DNA of 64,000 bases, taken from an uncultured Clostridia bacterium (lineage in GTDB: Bacteria > Bacillota > Clostridia > Christensenellales > UBA1242). This document shows, piece by piece, positions 1 to 10,600 of this stretch. A model generated the notes under the pieces. The model saw nothing but the letters and a program-made list of their open reading frames with translations. It searched no databases and was not told the DNA's origin. The position numbers and the translations under genes were made by a program. The stretch covers positions 1,910 to 65,909 of the forward strand of contig CANPYI010000006.1 of assembly GCA_947588355.1 (NCBI GenBank), read 5' to 3'. Position 1 is the first letter of the stretch, and the number at the start of each line of letters is the position of its first letter.

Positions 1-1
1 G

Positions 2-385
2 ACAATGATATATCCTGATTTTATTGGACAAGCGCCTTCAATTTTCTATCCACTGACGATAACCGGACTTATGCACCACACGATAATGTTTTTCCTGTGT
101 GTGACGGTGCTTGCAACCGGTTATATGCGACCAACTCTCAAAAAATGGGCATGGTTGCCACTAGGTTTGTGCGTCATGATGTCATATGGAATATTCTTAA
201 TCACCGCCTTAAAATTTGGTGATGCAATGTACATCTACGAGCCATTGATTGGAGAAACAATCTTCACATGGTACTTCACCGGATTTTTGTTTTTGCTTTT
301 GCACCTTGTTGCACTTTTGATTGTTGAATATGTCCGACTGAGAAAAAGTGGCAAAAAGTTGTTTAAAAAGAACATAGAAAAATAA
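2..385 (+). CDS. polytopic membrane protein, C-terminal fragment (5' end probably outside window)
   Basis: The frame is open from the window edge (ORF track begins at ATG 5). The product is several hydrophobic helices ending in a basic tail (RLRKSGKKLFKKNIEK). A hairpin terminator follows. Family not recognised with confidence. Confidence 0.6.
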   Translation, partial: TMIYPDFIGQAPSIFYPLTITGLMHHTIMFFLCVTVLATGYMRPTLKKWAWLPLGLCVMMSYGIFLITALKFGDAMYIYEPLIGETIFTWYFTGFLFLLLHLVALLIVEYVRLRKSGKKLFKKNIEK

Positions 386-412
386 AACACGGCAAAACTC
401 CGTGTTTTTTAT
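385..412 (+). terminator. rho-independent terminator
   Basis: Stem ACACGG (387-392) / CCGTGT (400-405), 7-nt loop, then a T-run (405-410), directly after the stop codon at 383-385. Confidence 0.7.
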
Positions 413-452
413 TGATATCTTTGTTGTGAAACTTTTTTAAAGAAATGAATTT

Positions 453-1424
453 TTATTTTTTCTTTTTCTTTATCTTTTTTGAAATAAGGAAAAAGTTGGA
501 TCTTTTCTTGGAGTACAATACCATCAAAAGCGCTCCAAAAATCACTATCGAAAGCACAAGTGAAAGGGTCATCATTGTGGCGGAAATTCTTATTCCAAAA
601 AAGTCCATCTCGATAGAAAATTCTTTCATAAGTTTTGAAACAAAATCAGTATCCAATTTTGAAAGCATATTCTCCATTGGCGCTCTCAAGAAAAAGTTTC
701 TAAATAGGCTGGCAGAATATGTGCCTGGAACAAAGCATGTCAAATATTGAATTGGCACAGGCAACATGCTTGTTGGAAGATATGCGCCAATCAAAAAGCC
801 AATCGCGGTTGTAAACACGCTGCTGAATGATGCCAAAGCGCCTTCGGATTTGAAGAAACTTATCATCAAAACCATAGCAAAAGAGGCGGAAAAAACGGAA
901 AGAATTGCAATGCCAACAATGGCAAAAAAGTCTGAAGCCGTAAGCAAAAATGCGCCCGAGCAAGCAAGATAAATCATCGAAAAGAACAAAACAATAAAAG
1001 TGATACACATTGTGATGATGAAACAAGACATTATGTAAGATGCATAAATCACCCATCTTCTTACTGGAGATGCCAAAACGTCATTTATCGTTCCGCGTTC
1101 GCGATCACGAACCATAATTGTGTTTGCGTTAAAAGCCACAGTGATACAAGAAACGCCCATAACGCCGGATATCATCCAGTTGTTTATCATCACTCTTGCC
1201 ATGCTTGTGATTGCTTCAATATCCACACTGTCGCCGAACTCGGATTGTACACTGTTTATTATTGAGTTTACTTGCATGTCGCCTAAAAACAAAATATACA
1301 ACAACAAAACAATGACAGGTGCAAGCACCGAAAAAAACACCATCATTTTGTCTTTCAAATACAACTTTATATTTCTTTTGACCAACATGCCAAACGCCAA
1401 AAGCGTGTTTTGTTTTGTTTTCAT
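453..1424 (-). CDS. ABC-2 type transporter permease
   Basis: 323-aa ORF with six predicted hydrophobic segments. The N-terminus (LVKRNIKLYLKDKMMVFFSVLAPVIVLLLY) is typical of ABC-2 permeases. It lies 13 nt downstream of an ABC ATPase on the same strand. Confidence 0.8.
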   Translation of the reverse strand: MKTKQNTLLAFGMLVKRNIKLYLKDKMMVFFSVLAPVIVLLLYILFLGDMQVNSIINSVQSEFGDSVDIEAITSMARVMINNWMISGVMGVSCITVAFNANTIMVRDRERGTINDVLASPVRRWVIYASYIMSCFIITMCITFIVLFFSMIYLACSGAFLLTASDFFAIVGIAILSVFSASFAMVLMISFFKSEGALASFSSVFTTAIGFLIGAYLPTSMLPVPIQYLTCFVPGTYSASLFRNFFLRAPMENMLSKLDTDFVSKLMKEFSIEMDFFGIRISATMMTLSLVLSIVIFGALLMVLYSKKRSNFFLISKKIKKKKK

Positions 1425-1437
1425 GACCTCTCCATAT

Positions 1438-2349
1438 CTAGTTATGCTCGTTCAGTTTTTGACCGGTGATATTTAAGAAAACATCGTCCATGTCACCCTT
1501 AAGTACTTCAAAATCGGTCAAATACTGCGCATAATCGTTTAAAATCTTGACAGCCTCTGCACTGTTTTTTATATTTATGCGATAACAGTCGCCTTCATAA
1601 ACAAATTGACCATCAAAAGCCTTTTCAAACTCCTCATTCTTTTCCATATAGGCTTTTATATAGTCGCTTGAATATTGCGTTTTGAGATTGTGAGGGGTGT
1701 CGTTTGCCACAATGTGACCATGATCAATCATGACAACTTTGTCGGCTTTGTTTGCCTCCTCCATATAGTGTGTGGTCAAAAAAACGGTCATTTTTTGTGA
1801 AATTCGCAGTGAATCAATAAGTTCCCAGATTTTCATTCGTGTTTGTGGATCGAGTCCTGTTGTTGGCTCGTCAAGAATCAAGATTTTTGGAAAATTTATT
1901 AGTCCTCGTGCAATATCCACACGGCGTTTTTGTCCGCCACTTAATGTTTTGACCATTTTGTGAAGGATTGGCTCCAAATCCAAAAGCAAAGAAAGTTCAT
2001 CAAGACGTTTTTTCCATGCCTTGCCCTTGAGTCCATAAAACCCAGCGCGAATTGTAAGGTTGTCTTGGACAGAAAGAGAGCCGTCCAAAGTGGAATTTTG
2101 AAACACCACCCCGATAAGAGATTTTATTTCGTCTTTGTTTTCATCAAGGTCCAAACCTTTGACAAAAATCTTTCCGCTGTCCTTTTTGAGAATTGAGCAC
2201 AAAATATTTATCGTTGTGCTTTTTCCGGCACCATTCACGCCAAGGAAAGCAAACAGACTTCCTTCTTGAACATCAAAAGAAATTCCATCAACGGCTTTGA
2301 CATTTCCATAAGATTTTTTTAAATCTTTCACTTCAATAATTTTTTTCAT
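1438..2349 (-). CDS. ABC transporter ATP-binding protein (DrrA/ABC-2 type)
   Basis: Walker A GVNGAGKST, signature LSGGQKRR, Walker B ILILDEPTTGLD, H-loop FLTTHYMEEA. Confidence 0.92.
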   Translation of the reverse strand: MKKIIEVKDLKKSYGNVKAVDGISFDVQEGSLFAFLGVNGAGKSTTINILCSILKKDSGKIFVKGLDLDENKDEIKSLIGVVFQNSTLDGSLSVQDNLTIRAGFYGLKGKAWKKRLDELSLLLDLEPILHKMVKTLSGGQKRRVDIARGLINFPKILILDEPTTGLDPQTRMKIWELIDSLRISQKMTVFLTTHYMEEANKADKVVMIDHGHIVANDTPHNLKTQYSSDYIKAYMEKNEEFEKAFDGQFVYEGDCYRINIKNSAEAVKILNDYAQYLTDFEVLKGDMDDVFLNITGQKLNEHN

Positions 2350-2361
2350 AATTGCGTTTTC

Positions 2362-2390
2362 ATTTTAGCATAAATTTGAAATTATGAGAA
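2362..2390 (-). promoter_or_regulatory. candidate promoter of the ABC-2 operon (TTCTCA-N17-TAAAAT)
   Basis: On the minus strand the -10 TAAAAT is at 2367..2362 and a weak -35 TTCTCA at 2390..2385. The -10 ends only 12 nt before ATG 2349, and no Shine-Dalgarno lies between. Confidence 0.3.
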
Positions 2391-2489
2391 ATGATTTTAT
2401 TAAAAATCTTTGAAAAATAAACAAAATCGTTTTACTTTTTGTCCGAAATGGATTATTATATTTAATATAAGCGTATTTGGAGGCAAAAT

Positions 2490-2999
2490 ATGTGGTTTTT
2501 TAAACACAAGAAAAAAGAAGAAAACAAAAATACAGAAGTGAAAACTCCTGCACCTGAACAAAAATCTGAGCCGGCAAAAACAACAACTGCTCAAAAACAA
2601 GCACCTGCAAAAAAAAGTGCAAATTCAACAAAAAAGACAACAACAAAAAAAGTTGCTGAAAAAAGTGCAAACACTTCTTCAAAAAAGAAGGAAAGCAAAA
2701 ACGAAAGCACAAAAAAAACAGCAGCAAAAAAGACACCTGAAAAAAAGCCTACTGAAAAACATGCTGAAAAGAAAACAGAAGCAGTCAAGGAAACCAAAAA
2801 AGCAATGTATCGCGTTGTGTACGACAAAGACGCTCGTGTTTGGCTGATCAAAAAGGATGGTGCAAAACGCACTATTGCATCTTTTGCAACAAAAGAGGAA
2901 GCAATGTCACGCGTTAAAGAACTTACTGAAACAAACAACGCAAATGTTGTTGTTCACAAAAAAGACGGAAAATTTCAAAAGAAAGCCACAAAAAAGTAA
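2490..2999 (+). CDS. Lys/Thr/Ala-rich low-complexity protein with C-terminal DUF2188-like domain
   Basis: GGAGG lies 6 nt upstream of ATG 2490. The N-terminal ~110 aa is a K/T/A/E-rich low-complexity region. The C-terminal YRVVYDKDARVWLIKKDGAKRTIASFATKEEAMSRVKELT...VVVHKKDGKFQKK matches my memory of the DUF2188 pattern. Confidence 0.75.
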   Translation: MWFFKHKKKEENKNTEVKTPAPEQKSEPAKTTTAQKQAPAKKSANSTKKTTTKKVAEKSANTSSKKKESKNESTKKTAAKKTPEKKPTEKHAEKKTEAVKETKKAMYRVVYDKDARVWLIKKDGAKRTIASFATKEEAMSRVKELTETNNANVVVHKKDGKFQKKATKK

Positions 3000-3011
3000 G
3001 CAATTTAAAAT

Positions 3012-3036
3012 AAAAAGCCACAACAGGCTTTTTTAT
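3012..3036 (+). terminator. weak rho-independent terminator
   Basis: AAAGCC (3014-3019) / GGCTTT (3026-3031), 6-nt loop, then a T-run to 3034. Confidence 0.5.
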
Positions 3037-3063
3037 TTTTGATAAAAGTTTGAGGAGAAATTT

Positions 3064-3942
3064 ATGAAAGAAATTCGTGTTCAAGGTTTTCATGAACTTC
3101 CACTTTACACTGTGGTATTTGACGAGGTGAAAAATCCAAAAGCGGTTGTGTTGATTGTGCATGGCATGCAGGAACATTGCCGAAGATATGACGATTTTGC
3201 AAAGTTTTTAAACACGCATGGTTTTATTGTTGTGGCAAGTGACCTACGCGGACACGGAAAAACAATGAAAGATTCAAACGATTATGGCAAAGGTGAAAAA
3301 GACATCTTTCAAGAATGCGTCAACGACCAAATCGCTTTGATTTCATTTATAAACGAAAACTGGAAACTTCCTGTTTATATTTTTGGTCATTCTTTTGGCT
3401 CGTTTTTGACTCAATCCATAGTTCAACGTTCTCCGCAGATAAAAAAGGCAGTGCTTTGTGGCACAACAAACGGAAGTTGCACGCTTTTTAAACTTGGAAA
3501 TTGCTTGCTGACACTTTTGGCACCTTTCAACAAAAAAGACAAGCGTGGAGGGCTTGCGGAAACACTTTGCATAAAAAGTTTTGGAAAAAACTTTGAAAAC
3601 GGCAACTGGCTTTCGCGCAATGAAAAAGTTTTTGACAAATATCTTAAAGACGAATTTTGTGGCGGAAGTTTTCCTTTCAGTTTTTATCGCAGCATGATAA
3701 AAAACATGACCAAAGTCAACAGTGGCATAGGCAAAATTGGACACAAAAAACTTTTTCTTATTGCAGGGAGTTGTGACCCTGTTGGCCAAAACAGTAAACA
3801 AGTGCAAAAACTATGCAAACTGTATTTGAAAAACAATGTCGATGCACAAATCAAAATATATGATGGTGCAAGGCATGAACTTTTGAATGAAACAAACAAA
3901 AAAGAAGTTTACAAAGATATCTTAAACTTTTTTGAAAAATAA
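3064..3942 (+). CDS. alpha/beta hydrolase (lysophospholipase / monoacylglycerol-lipase-like)
   Basis: 292 aa. Oxyanion-region HGMQEH, nucleophile elbow GHSFGS, and a C-terminal D...H (GSCDPVG ... ARHELL) consistent with a Ser-Asp-His triad. Confidence 0.8.
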   Translation: MKEIRVQGFHELPLYTVVFDEVKNPKAVVLIVHGMQEHCRRYDDFAKFLNTHGFIVVASDLRGHGKTMKDSNDYGKGEKDIFQECVNDQIALISFINENWKLPVYIFGHSFGSFLTQSIVQRSPQIKKAVLCGTTNGSCTLFKLGNCLLTLLAPFNKKDKRGGLAETLCIKSFGKNFENGNWLSRNEKVFDKYLKDEFCGGSFPFSFYRSMIKNMTKVNSGIGKIGHKKLFLIAGSCDPVGQNSKQVQKLCKLYLKNNVDAQIKIYDGARHELLNETNKKEVYKDILNFFEK

Positions 3943-3943
3943 G

Positions 3944-3972
3944 AAAAAACGTCAAAATTGACGCTTTTTTTA
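3944..3972. terminator. bidirectional hairpin between convergent genes
   Basis: Palindrome CGTCAAAATTGACG (3950-3963) flanked by an A-run and a T-run, between the hydrolase stop (3942) and the tmk stop (3970). Confidence 0.45.
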
Positions 3973-4605
3973 TTTTTTTCTGTTATATCTTTTTTCAAAT
4001 TCACCAACTATTTCACCAAAAACTTGGTCGGGTGTTTGTGATCCATCTATCACAAAAACGCGTTTTTTGTTGTGTTTTGCTATGTCCAAATATCCGGCAC
4101 GCACACGATCGTGATACATTTTCCCTTTTTGCTCAAAACGATCCAGATTTTTCAAATTTTCATCAAGGCTTTTTCTTTTCAGGCCATCTTCATATGAAAG
4201 GTCAAGCAAAAATGTTAAATCAGGAAGCGCACCGTCGCCAATCGCAAAATCTGTAATTTTTTTGATGTCATTTAAACGCAGTTTGCCTGCATAACCTTGA
4301 TAGGCATATGACGAATCAAAATATCTGTCCATAACCACCACCTTGCCTTCGGCAAGTGCTGGCTTAACGACTTCAGAAATCAATTTGTTTCTGCTTGCTG
4401 AAAAAAGCAAAAATTCGGTTTCTGGCGAAAGGTCTGATTTGTTGTCAAGCAAAATTTGTCTTATCTTTTCTCCTACTTCTGTTCCTCCAGGCTCCCTCAC
4501 CAACAAAAAGTCCACCTTCTTTTCTGTGAGATATTGCGAAAAGCGTTTGATTTGAGTGCTTTTTCCACAGCCCTCGCCTCCTTCAAAAGATATCAGAAAC
4601 CCCAT
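3970..4605 (-). CDS. tmk: thymidylate kinase
   Basis: P-loop FISFEGGEGCGKST, the DRYFDSSYAYQG motif, and a length of 211 aa. GGAGG lies 6 nt upstream of ATG 4605. Confidence 0.93.
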   Translation of the reverse strand: MGFLISFEGGEGCGKSTQIKRFSQYLTEKKVDFLLVREPGGTEVGEKIRQILLDNKSDLSPETEFLLFSASRNKLISEVVKPALAEGKVVVMDRYFDSSYAYQGYAGKLRLNDIKKITDFAIGDGALPDLTFLLDLSYEDGLKRKSLDENLKNLDRFEQKGKMYHDRVRAGYLDIAKHNKKRVFVIDGSQTPDQVFGEIVGEFEKRYNRKK

Positions 4606-4622
4606 TTTCCACCTCCAATCCT

Positions 4623-4651
4623 ATTTTACTTAAAACACCAATTTAAGTCAA
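4623..4651 (-). promoter_or_regulatory. tmk promoter TTGACT-N17-TAAAAT
   Basis: On the minus strand the -35 TTGACT is at 4651..4646, followed by a 17-nt spacer and the -10 TAAAAT at 4628..4623. The SD begins 6 nt after the -10. Confidence 0.6.
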
Positions 4652-4652
4652 A

Positions 4653-4680
4653 TAAAAAAGAAAGAGGTTTTCTCTTTCTT
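4653..4680 (-). terminator. rho-independent terminator of the 9,209-aa gene
   Basis: Stem AGAAAGAG/CTCTTTCT (4659-4666 / 4672-4679), 5-nt loop, then a T-run on the minus strand (A-run 4654-4659 on plus). It starts 4 nt after the stop codon. Confidence 0.75.
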
Positions 4681-4683
4681 TTT

Positions 4684-7600
4684 TTATTGTTTGCTCATAT
4701 ACTTAATTTTTCTTTTTCTGTTTCTTCTGACCAAATAAATTGACAGCAAAATGACAAGTATAATCACAATCAAAATGATAAGAAGCCACAGCCACCACAA
4801 ATTGGTTTCGGTTCTTCTCCATATCGCATAAAGCACAAGTGTGCCATGGAAATCGATATTTATCACATCGCCATCAAAGAATGCAACGTCTCCGGTTGGC
4901 TCTGTTGCCCAACCAAGGAAAACGTGTCCTTTGTATGTGAATGGATTTGCTGGCAAAGTGCGTGCGTCACCATAGGTCACTGATGTAGAGATCACCTCGC
5001 CAAATCCGTTGTTTGGATTGAAGACAATTCTTCCTTCGCTTGGAATAGCAACCGCACGAAGTTGGAAAGTTTGAGCACGAGTTTGTATTTCCCTAAATCC
5101 AATCGGAGATGCGGTGTATTCTTGACGAACACCGTCTTGTTCCAAAATCCAACTTGACAACGCAAAGCCATCTTGCAAAACAACACTCAAACTTATCGTT
5201 TTGGTGTATTTTGCCTCATATGTCAAAACGCCCGGTTGTATGCTCAAAGCCCTTATGCCGTTGTTGTCAGGGTAGCCCTCAACGGTAACGCTTGTGATGC
5301 CTTCGCCATAAGTCACTGAAAATTTGATGTATTTCAATCGATATGCGATGTACACAACGGAACTGCCGTCACCCTTGATTTGTCTGTCACCGCTGATATT
5401 GTTCAATTCATATCCTTCGGTCAAATAAAGGTTGTTTCCAAGTGTAAATGAGTCAATTTCAAAGAATTTTTGTGCAAGTTGTTCGGTGTTGATTTGAGAT
5501 TCGGTCTGGCCAAAGAGTTCTCCAATGCCGACATCAATCACAGAAGATTGGTCTTCGTCTATCACTTCAACAAGGAATTGTACTGAATATTCTGCCGTGC
5601 CAAAATCTGTTGAAATGTAGATTATCATATCTTGCTCACTGTCCGACCTTAACTGAATGTAGTAAACAAGCGGATCTTCTTGGTCTTGAGTGGCATTTTG
5701 CAAATCAGCGCTCAGGTCAGTCTTCCAGCCTCTGAGAGTGTAGCCCGCTCGCATTCGCACAACAATCAAAACTGCAAGATCGTAGCGATAGTCACCTTCT
5801 CCAGAGATGTTTTCCACTTGATAACGATGTTCGTCAAGGACTTCAACGGACACGTTGATAATAATTCTTTCAAACATGATTCTGACTTCGGTACTTTCAT
5901 CGCCGTTTATTTGTGGGAATTTGGTGATATTGCCCGTGCTGTCCCAAACTTCGTAATTGGCATATTCGTAGCCTTTGTAGGTTTTTCCTTCGTAGAATGC
6001 TTGTATATCTTCCTTGGAAATAAATGTTGAAGTTGTGCCTTCCTTTTCAAGTTTTGATGCAGTGTCTTCTGCAAACTCACCTTTTGTTTCGGTCTCCAAG
6101 TAGAATGTCACAACATAACCCGTGTCGTTGTTGGCTGTAATTTTTGCCACAATCTCAGTGTCTTCTGTCAAAACGAATGCCAAAAGTGAAATCAATCTTT
6201 CCGTTATGGTGTACTTGTTTTCTTCAAGTTTCTGGCCGTCTTTTGAAAATTCGTTGAATGTGAAGCCTTGTTTGATGCTGAATGCCACACCTATTGTTTG
6301 ACCATATGCCACAGTCCAAACATTTGTGGATATTGGATTTGAAACTCTGCCCTGAACCAATGCAATAACAGAATTTTCTTCCAAGCCGTCAATATTTTGT
6401 GCAAAGTCAAACTTTAAGGTGAATTTTTTGAGTATTCTGTCAAAGTAAATTCTGACAACTGTCGTGCCGTTTCCGGCAATTCTGACAGGTTGTGCATTAT
6501 CGACAGAAGTTGAGGCAACACTAAAGCCCTCTTTTGGAGAAGTCAATTCGTCAAAGCCAAGCAACTCTCGTGTGATGACAGTTCCGGTTTTGCCCTTCTT
6601 TTCAACAATGCTGCTGCTTTCTTGCGGATGCTCATATCTAAGGTCGCCATCATACAAGAAGTAATCAACTCGTTGATAATAATAGTGCAAAGTGTAAACA
6701 ACTTCTTGGGCAACAGGCGTCACAACAACCGTAACTTCGCTTGCTGGCATTTTGAATGTCAAAGTAAAGTTCCTTGAGCCTCCAACACCCGGTTGTTCCG
6801 CTTTTGAAACAGTGAATTCTTCGTTTGTGAAAGTATGTTTGCTGTCTGTGATGGTGAAGTTTGCGTTTGTCAAATCCTCGTATCCAAGCAAAAGATTGAA
6901 ATTCAAAACGACCTGTTGTTCAAACATATAATTTCGGCCTTCGTCAAACTGTCCAAACACTTCTTCAAGTGGGGCGTCAATTTTCGGTTTGACACTCACC
7001 ATAAATTGACTACGTGTATAAAAGACCTCAACAACACTGGTCACATCACCAGAGATAATTCCTTCGCCGACCAAATAATTGAATACGGATAATCCGAAGC
7101 CATCAAGTGAAAGTTTTCCTGCTTCAACTTCACTGCTTATGGCAGCCAAAAGCATTTCTTCAGTTATGGTGTCACCGGTTGTGCCTTTTGCCTCAATCTC
7201 ATATGGGTCGTCGGTGTAGTCACGATTCAAGGTTTGCTTGTATACCATAATCTTGAACACAGTGTCGTCACATGGATCTGCAATTGCAATCAAATCAATA
7301 TTTTGAGTGATTTTTAACGTTTCGTCAGTTTTGTAAGACATCTCTCGTTGTGATTTAACTTCAAATCGTGCCGTGTCTTCCTTGAAGCCTGCCGATGCGG
7401 TGATCTTGAAGGTGACCGTGTCGCCATATTTGACAAGATAAACATCGTCAGATGCGCCAGGACGCGTCACAGCATATCCAGTGATATATGCCTCTCTTAC
7501 GGTTTCAATCTCATTCACCGTTCCACTGTTGAGTTTTGCCCTTTCAATAGTCACTGTGTAACTCAATCTTGAATAGTAAACTTTGATGGTTTGCGTTTTT

Positions 7601-10600
7601 CCAACAACAATATCAATAGATTCTTGTTTTGCCGCGTTGTATGTGAAGCCTTCGATGTTGTCGTAAGTCTTGCCGTCATACTTCTTTCCAACAATGAAGT
7701 TGTTGTAAACGATCTCACTTGTCAGTGTTTGTCCAATCTCGTATCTGATTGAAAATTCTTCATAGTTGTCAGAAGTTTCAAGATATTCCCCAGTTATAAA
7801 TGTTTCTTTCATTATGTGAACAAGCACTGTCTCTTTGCCGTCACTCCAATAAACATACAATCTGACTTCGGTATTATCATTTTCGGTCAGTCGTGACAAT
7901 TCTGGAGTGGCATCTTCCGCGCACAATAAATATTGTCTTTGCTTTTCATCGTCTGTGTATGTCCAGCCATAGAATCTCAAATATTCTTCTGGGGCAATCC
8001 AACCTTCCAAAGTGTTGAATGCTGGCAACTTGACAATATCATTGTATTTAAAGTTGAATGTTCCGTCTTCGTTTCGAATTTTTTGCTCTTTGTAATTTTC
8101 ATCTTGAACGTTGTTGCTGCAGATTGTGACAGTGTATGTGATTTCGCGCCACATAGCGTACAAGATGACAGATGTGTCACCGGATTCGCCGGTTGCCAGA
8201 TTTATTGCAAAGTAAGTGTTTTCTTCGCCGGCTTTTTGATAGATTCCACCCGGTTTTCCTTTCAAGTCCTCCAAGCTGTCACATTGTCCAGCAATGTTGA
8301 CTTGTTGTCCGTCTGTAGACCAGCCCAAGAACACGTGTCCCGTCCAAACATAGAATTCTGACCAATTTATCAGTTCAAAGCCTTCGTCATATCTGACAGA
8401 ATCGCCTCGTGGAGCCTCTTTCCCCACAACAAGGCTGGCGCCATTTGCACTGTAGGTGTAGTAGTAGATGTTTGCTTCCCATCTTCCCCAAAGTTCCCAA
8501 TCGTCTGACTTTGAATAGAAGTCCTCTGGCGCATCGCCAATCTGATACAATCTTTCGCCATCTTGAGGTTTCTCGTTTTCTGACCAACCAAGGAATTTGT
8601 ATCCGACAACACTGAAACTGCCTTCCAAAATATATGGTTGACCTTTAAGCACTGTTTGCTTTGTTGTCTCTTTATCATCTTCATTCAAATTTCGGTGATA
8701 AATAATATCATATTGGTCTGGATAAGAAACAATTTGGATATTGATATTCTTTGCCGGCATTGTGTATGTCACTTGATATGCACCGGAAGGAAGATTTGTG
8801 GCAGAAGTAAGTTCTTGATACAAATCTGTGCCGGTTACAACAACTTTTCTGAAACGATATCCCGTTTTGAATGTCATGGAAATAGTTATTGTTGATGTGT
8901 ATTCAACATTTTGCAAAGTGCTTGAATCATCACGATAGGTGTTTGTTCTGTTTTCTTCTGCGCCAGAAACCTGATAAGAAACTGTGACGCTTTCTATGCC
9001 GGTTTCATTTTCCGCATAGCCGGTCCATGTGAACGAAATGTCAAACATTTCAAGCACATAATAAACTTTCACTCGTGTTGTGCCTTCACCTTTGATTGTA
9101 ACTTTGTTCTGATCGGAAAGTTCAGTTCCGTCAACATCAGTAACCTTGCTGAATTTGTATCCAGCACTGTCAGTTTCAAGGTCGGCAAAGTTCAATCGCA
9201 CAAACGCTGCTTCAACTTCGCTTGACAAAATCTCGGTGTCAGTTGTGCCAGTGAGGACAACCGTTCCTGTTGGCTTTTCTACCCCGCCTATATATCCACC
9301 GTCAATTGTGCTCAAATAGAAGTCCGCATAATATCTTGTGTCGGTATCCGCTTCCCACTGTGCAGTTGCTTCAAAGTTGTTTGGAACATCAAGTGTGAAT
9401 GTCCAATCACCGTCAACTTTATAGAACTTGCCCTCTTCTACTGAACCCTCTTCTTTCAAAATCCAACCGGTGAAATGATATCCAGCAAGTAAGAATGTGT
9501 CAGGTTTTGACATAAGTTGCACGGTTTTTGTATAAACAACTTGCTGTTCAAAGTTTTCGCCAGATGCTTTTACGCCGAGTTTGTTTTCGCCTGGTTTATA
9601 AGTGATTTTGTATGTGCTTAAAGATGTTTCAACATAAACATGCATGTCTTCATTTGACATAGTAAATGACCTGTTGTCTTCAAGCAGTTTTGCGCCGGTG
9701 ATTACAGGGTTTTCATAACCTTTTACAATGTCTTCGTCTGACCAATAAATTGTTACTTTCACACCATATTTGACTGTTGCGGTCACTGTGCGTAAATCTT
9801 GGTTTTCAGTAATCTCTTTGACGCCATAACTTTCAACCACTTGCACTTTGTTTATGCCAACATCGTAAGTCACTGTCAAAGTGTGAGAAACACGTTTGTA
9901 GTAAGCCTTCAGAACCAGTATGCTGTCAGGTGTTATGTTTCCGTCATCGTCTTTAACGTTGTCAAGCACTTTGCCGGAAAGTTTATTGTTTTTGTTGTTT
10001 GTATCAAATTCAAAGCCTTCCACACTTGCATGAACAAAATCTTTCTCCAAAATTTGTTGGTCAACCTTGGAGTCGTATTCCACAGTCAATTTTGCATCTT
10101 TTGTAAAGTTGTCATCATCTTCAGTGCCTTCTGCATTTTCAAAGTAATATTCAACGCGATATTTTGCATCTTTTGCTTCCCAAACTGCAAAGAGTTCAAG
10201 GTCTGAAGTATAGAGATACTTGTCGATAGTCTTTTGCTCTGGCAAGAAGTCAATCTCGCGGGCAGCCGCTTTTTCGGCAGAAATTGCCCAACCGTCAAAC
10301 TCATATCCTGGCTTGCTCCATGCTTGGCCAGATTTGTCAGAAATTTCTGACAAAGTCAAAATTGTGTAAGGTGCGTTGTATGTTGCTTTTGTAGGATCAA
10401 GATATGTTTGCTCCGCCATGCCCGAATTGAGATGATAGGTCACATCAAAAGTTTTTGGCGAAGTTGTTGGAGTGATTATCACACCATATGCCGGCATGGT
10501 CTTGAATGTGTAGGTGTAATTTCCACTTTCATCTTTGCTGTCAAGAGTGATCTCAAACAGTTTTAGGCCGTTTAAGGTGAATTCATATCCGCCGTCAATT

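Noticed and set aside
445-1476. Plus-strand and alternate-frame ORFs overlapping the ABC-2 permease (445-750, 700-1056, 766-972, 1120-1476).
   Set aside because: They overlap a well-supported permease gene, have no RBS and produce no recognisable motifs.
2500-3177. Three or four overlapping ORFs (2500-2736, 2591-2938, 2617-2847, 2857-3042, 2923-3177) around the Lys-rich gene.
   Set aside because: They are generated by the A-rich low-complexity coding DNA. Only the 2490-2999 frame has a GGAGG SD and a recognisable folded domain.
4687-4830. An LPXTG, NPQTN or similar sortase signal ahead of the C-terminal helices of the 9,209-aa and 1,698-aa proteins.
   Set aside because: The residues preceding the helices are RRTETN and IEDETWLDYAS. 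No L/N-P-x-T-G/N-like motif is present, so they are called plain TM anchors (see the finding on the shared tail).
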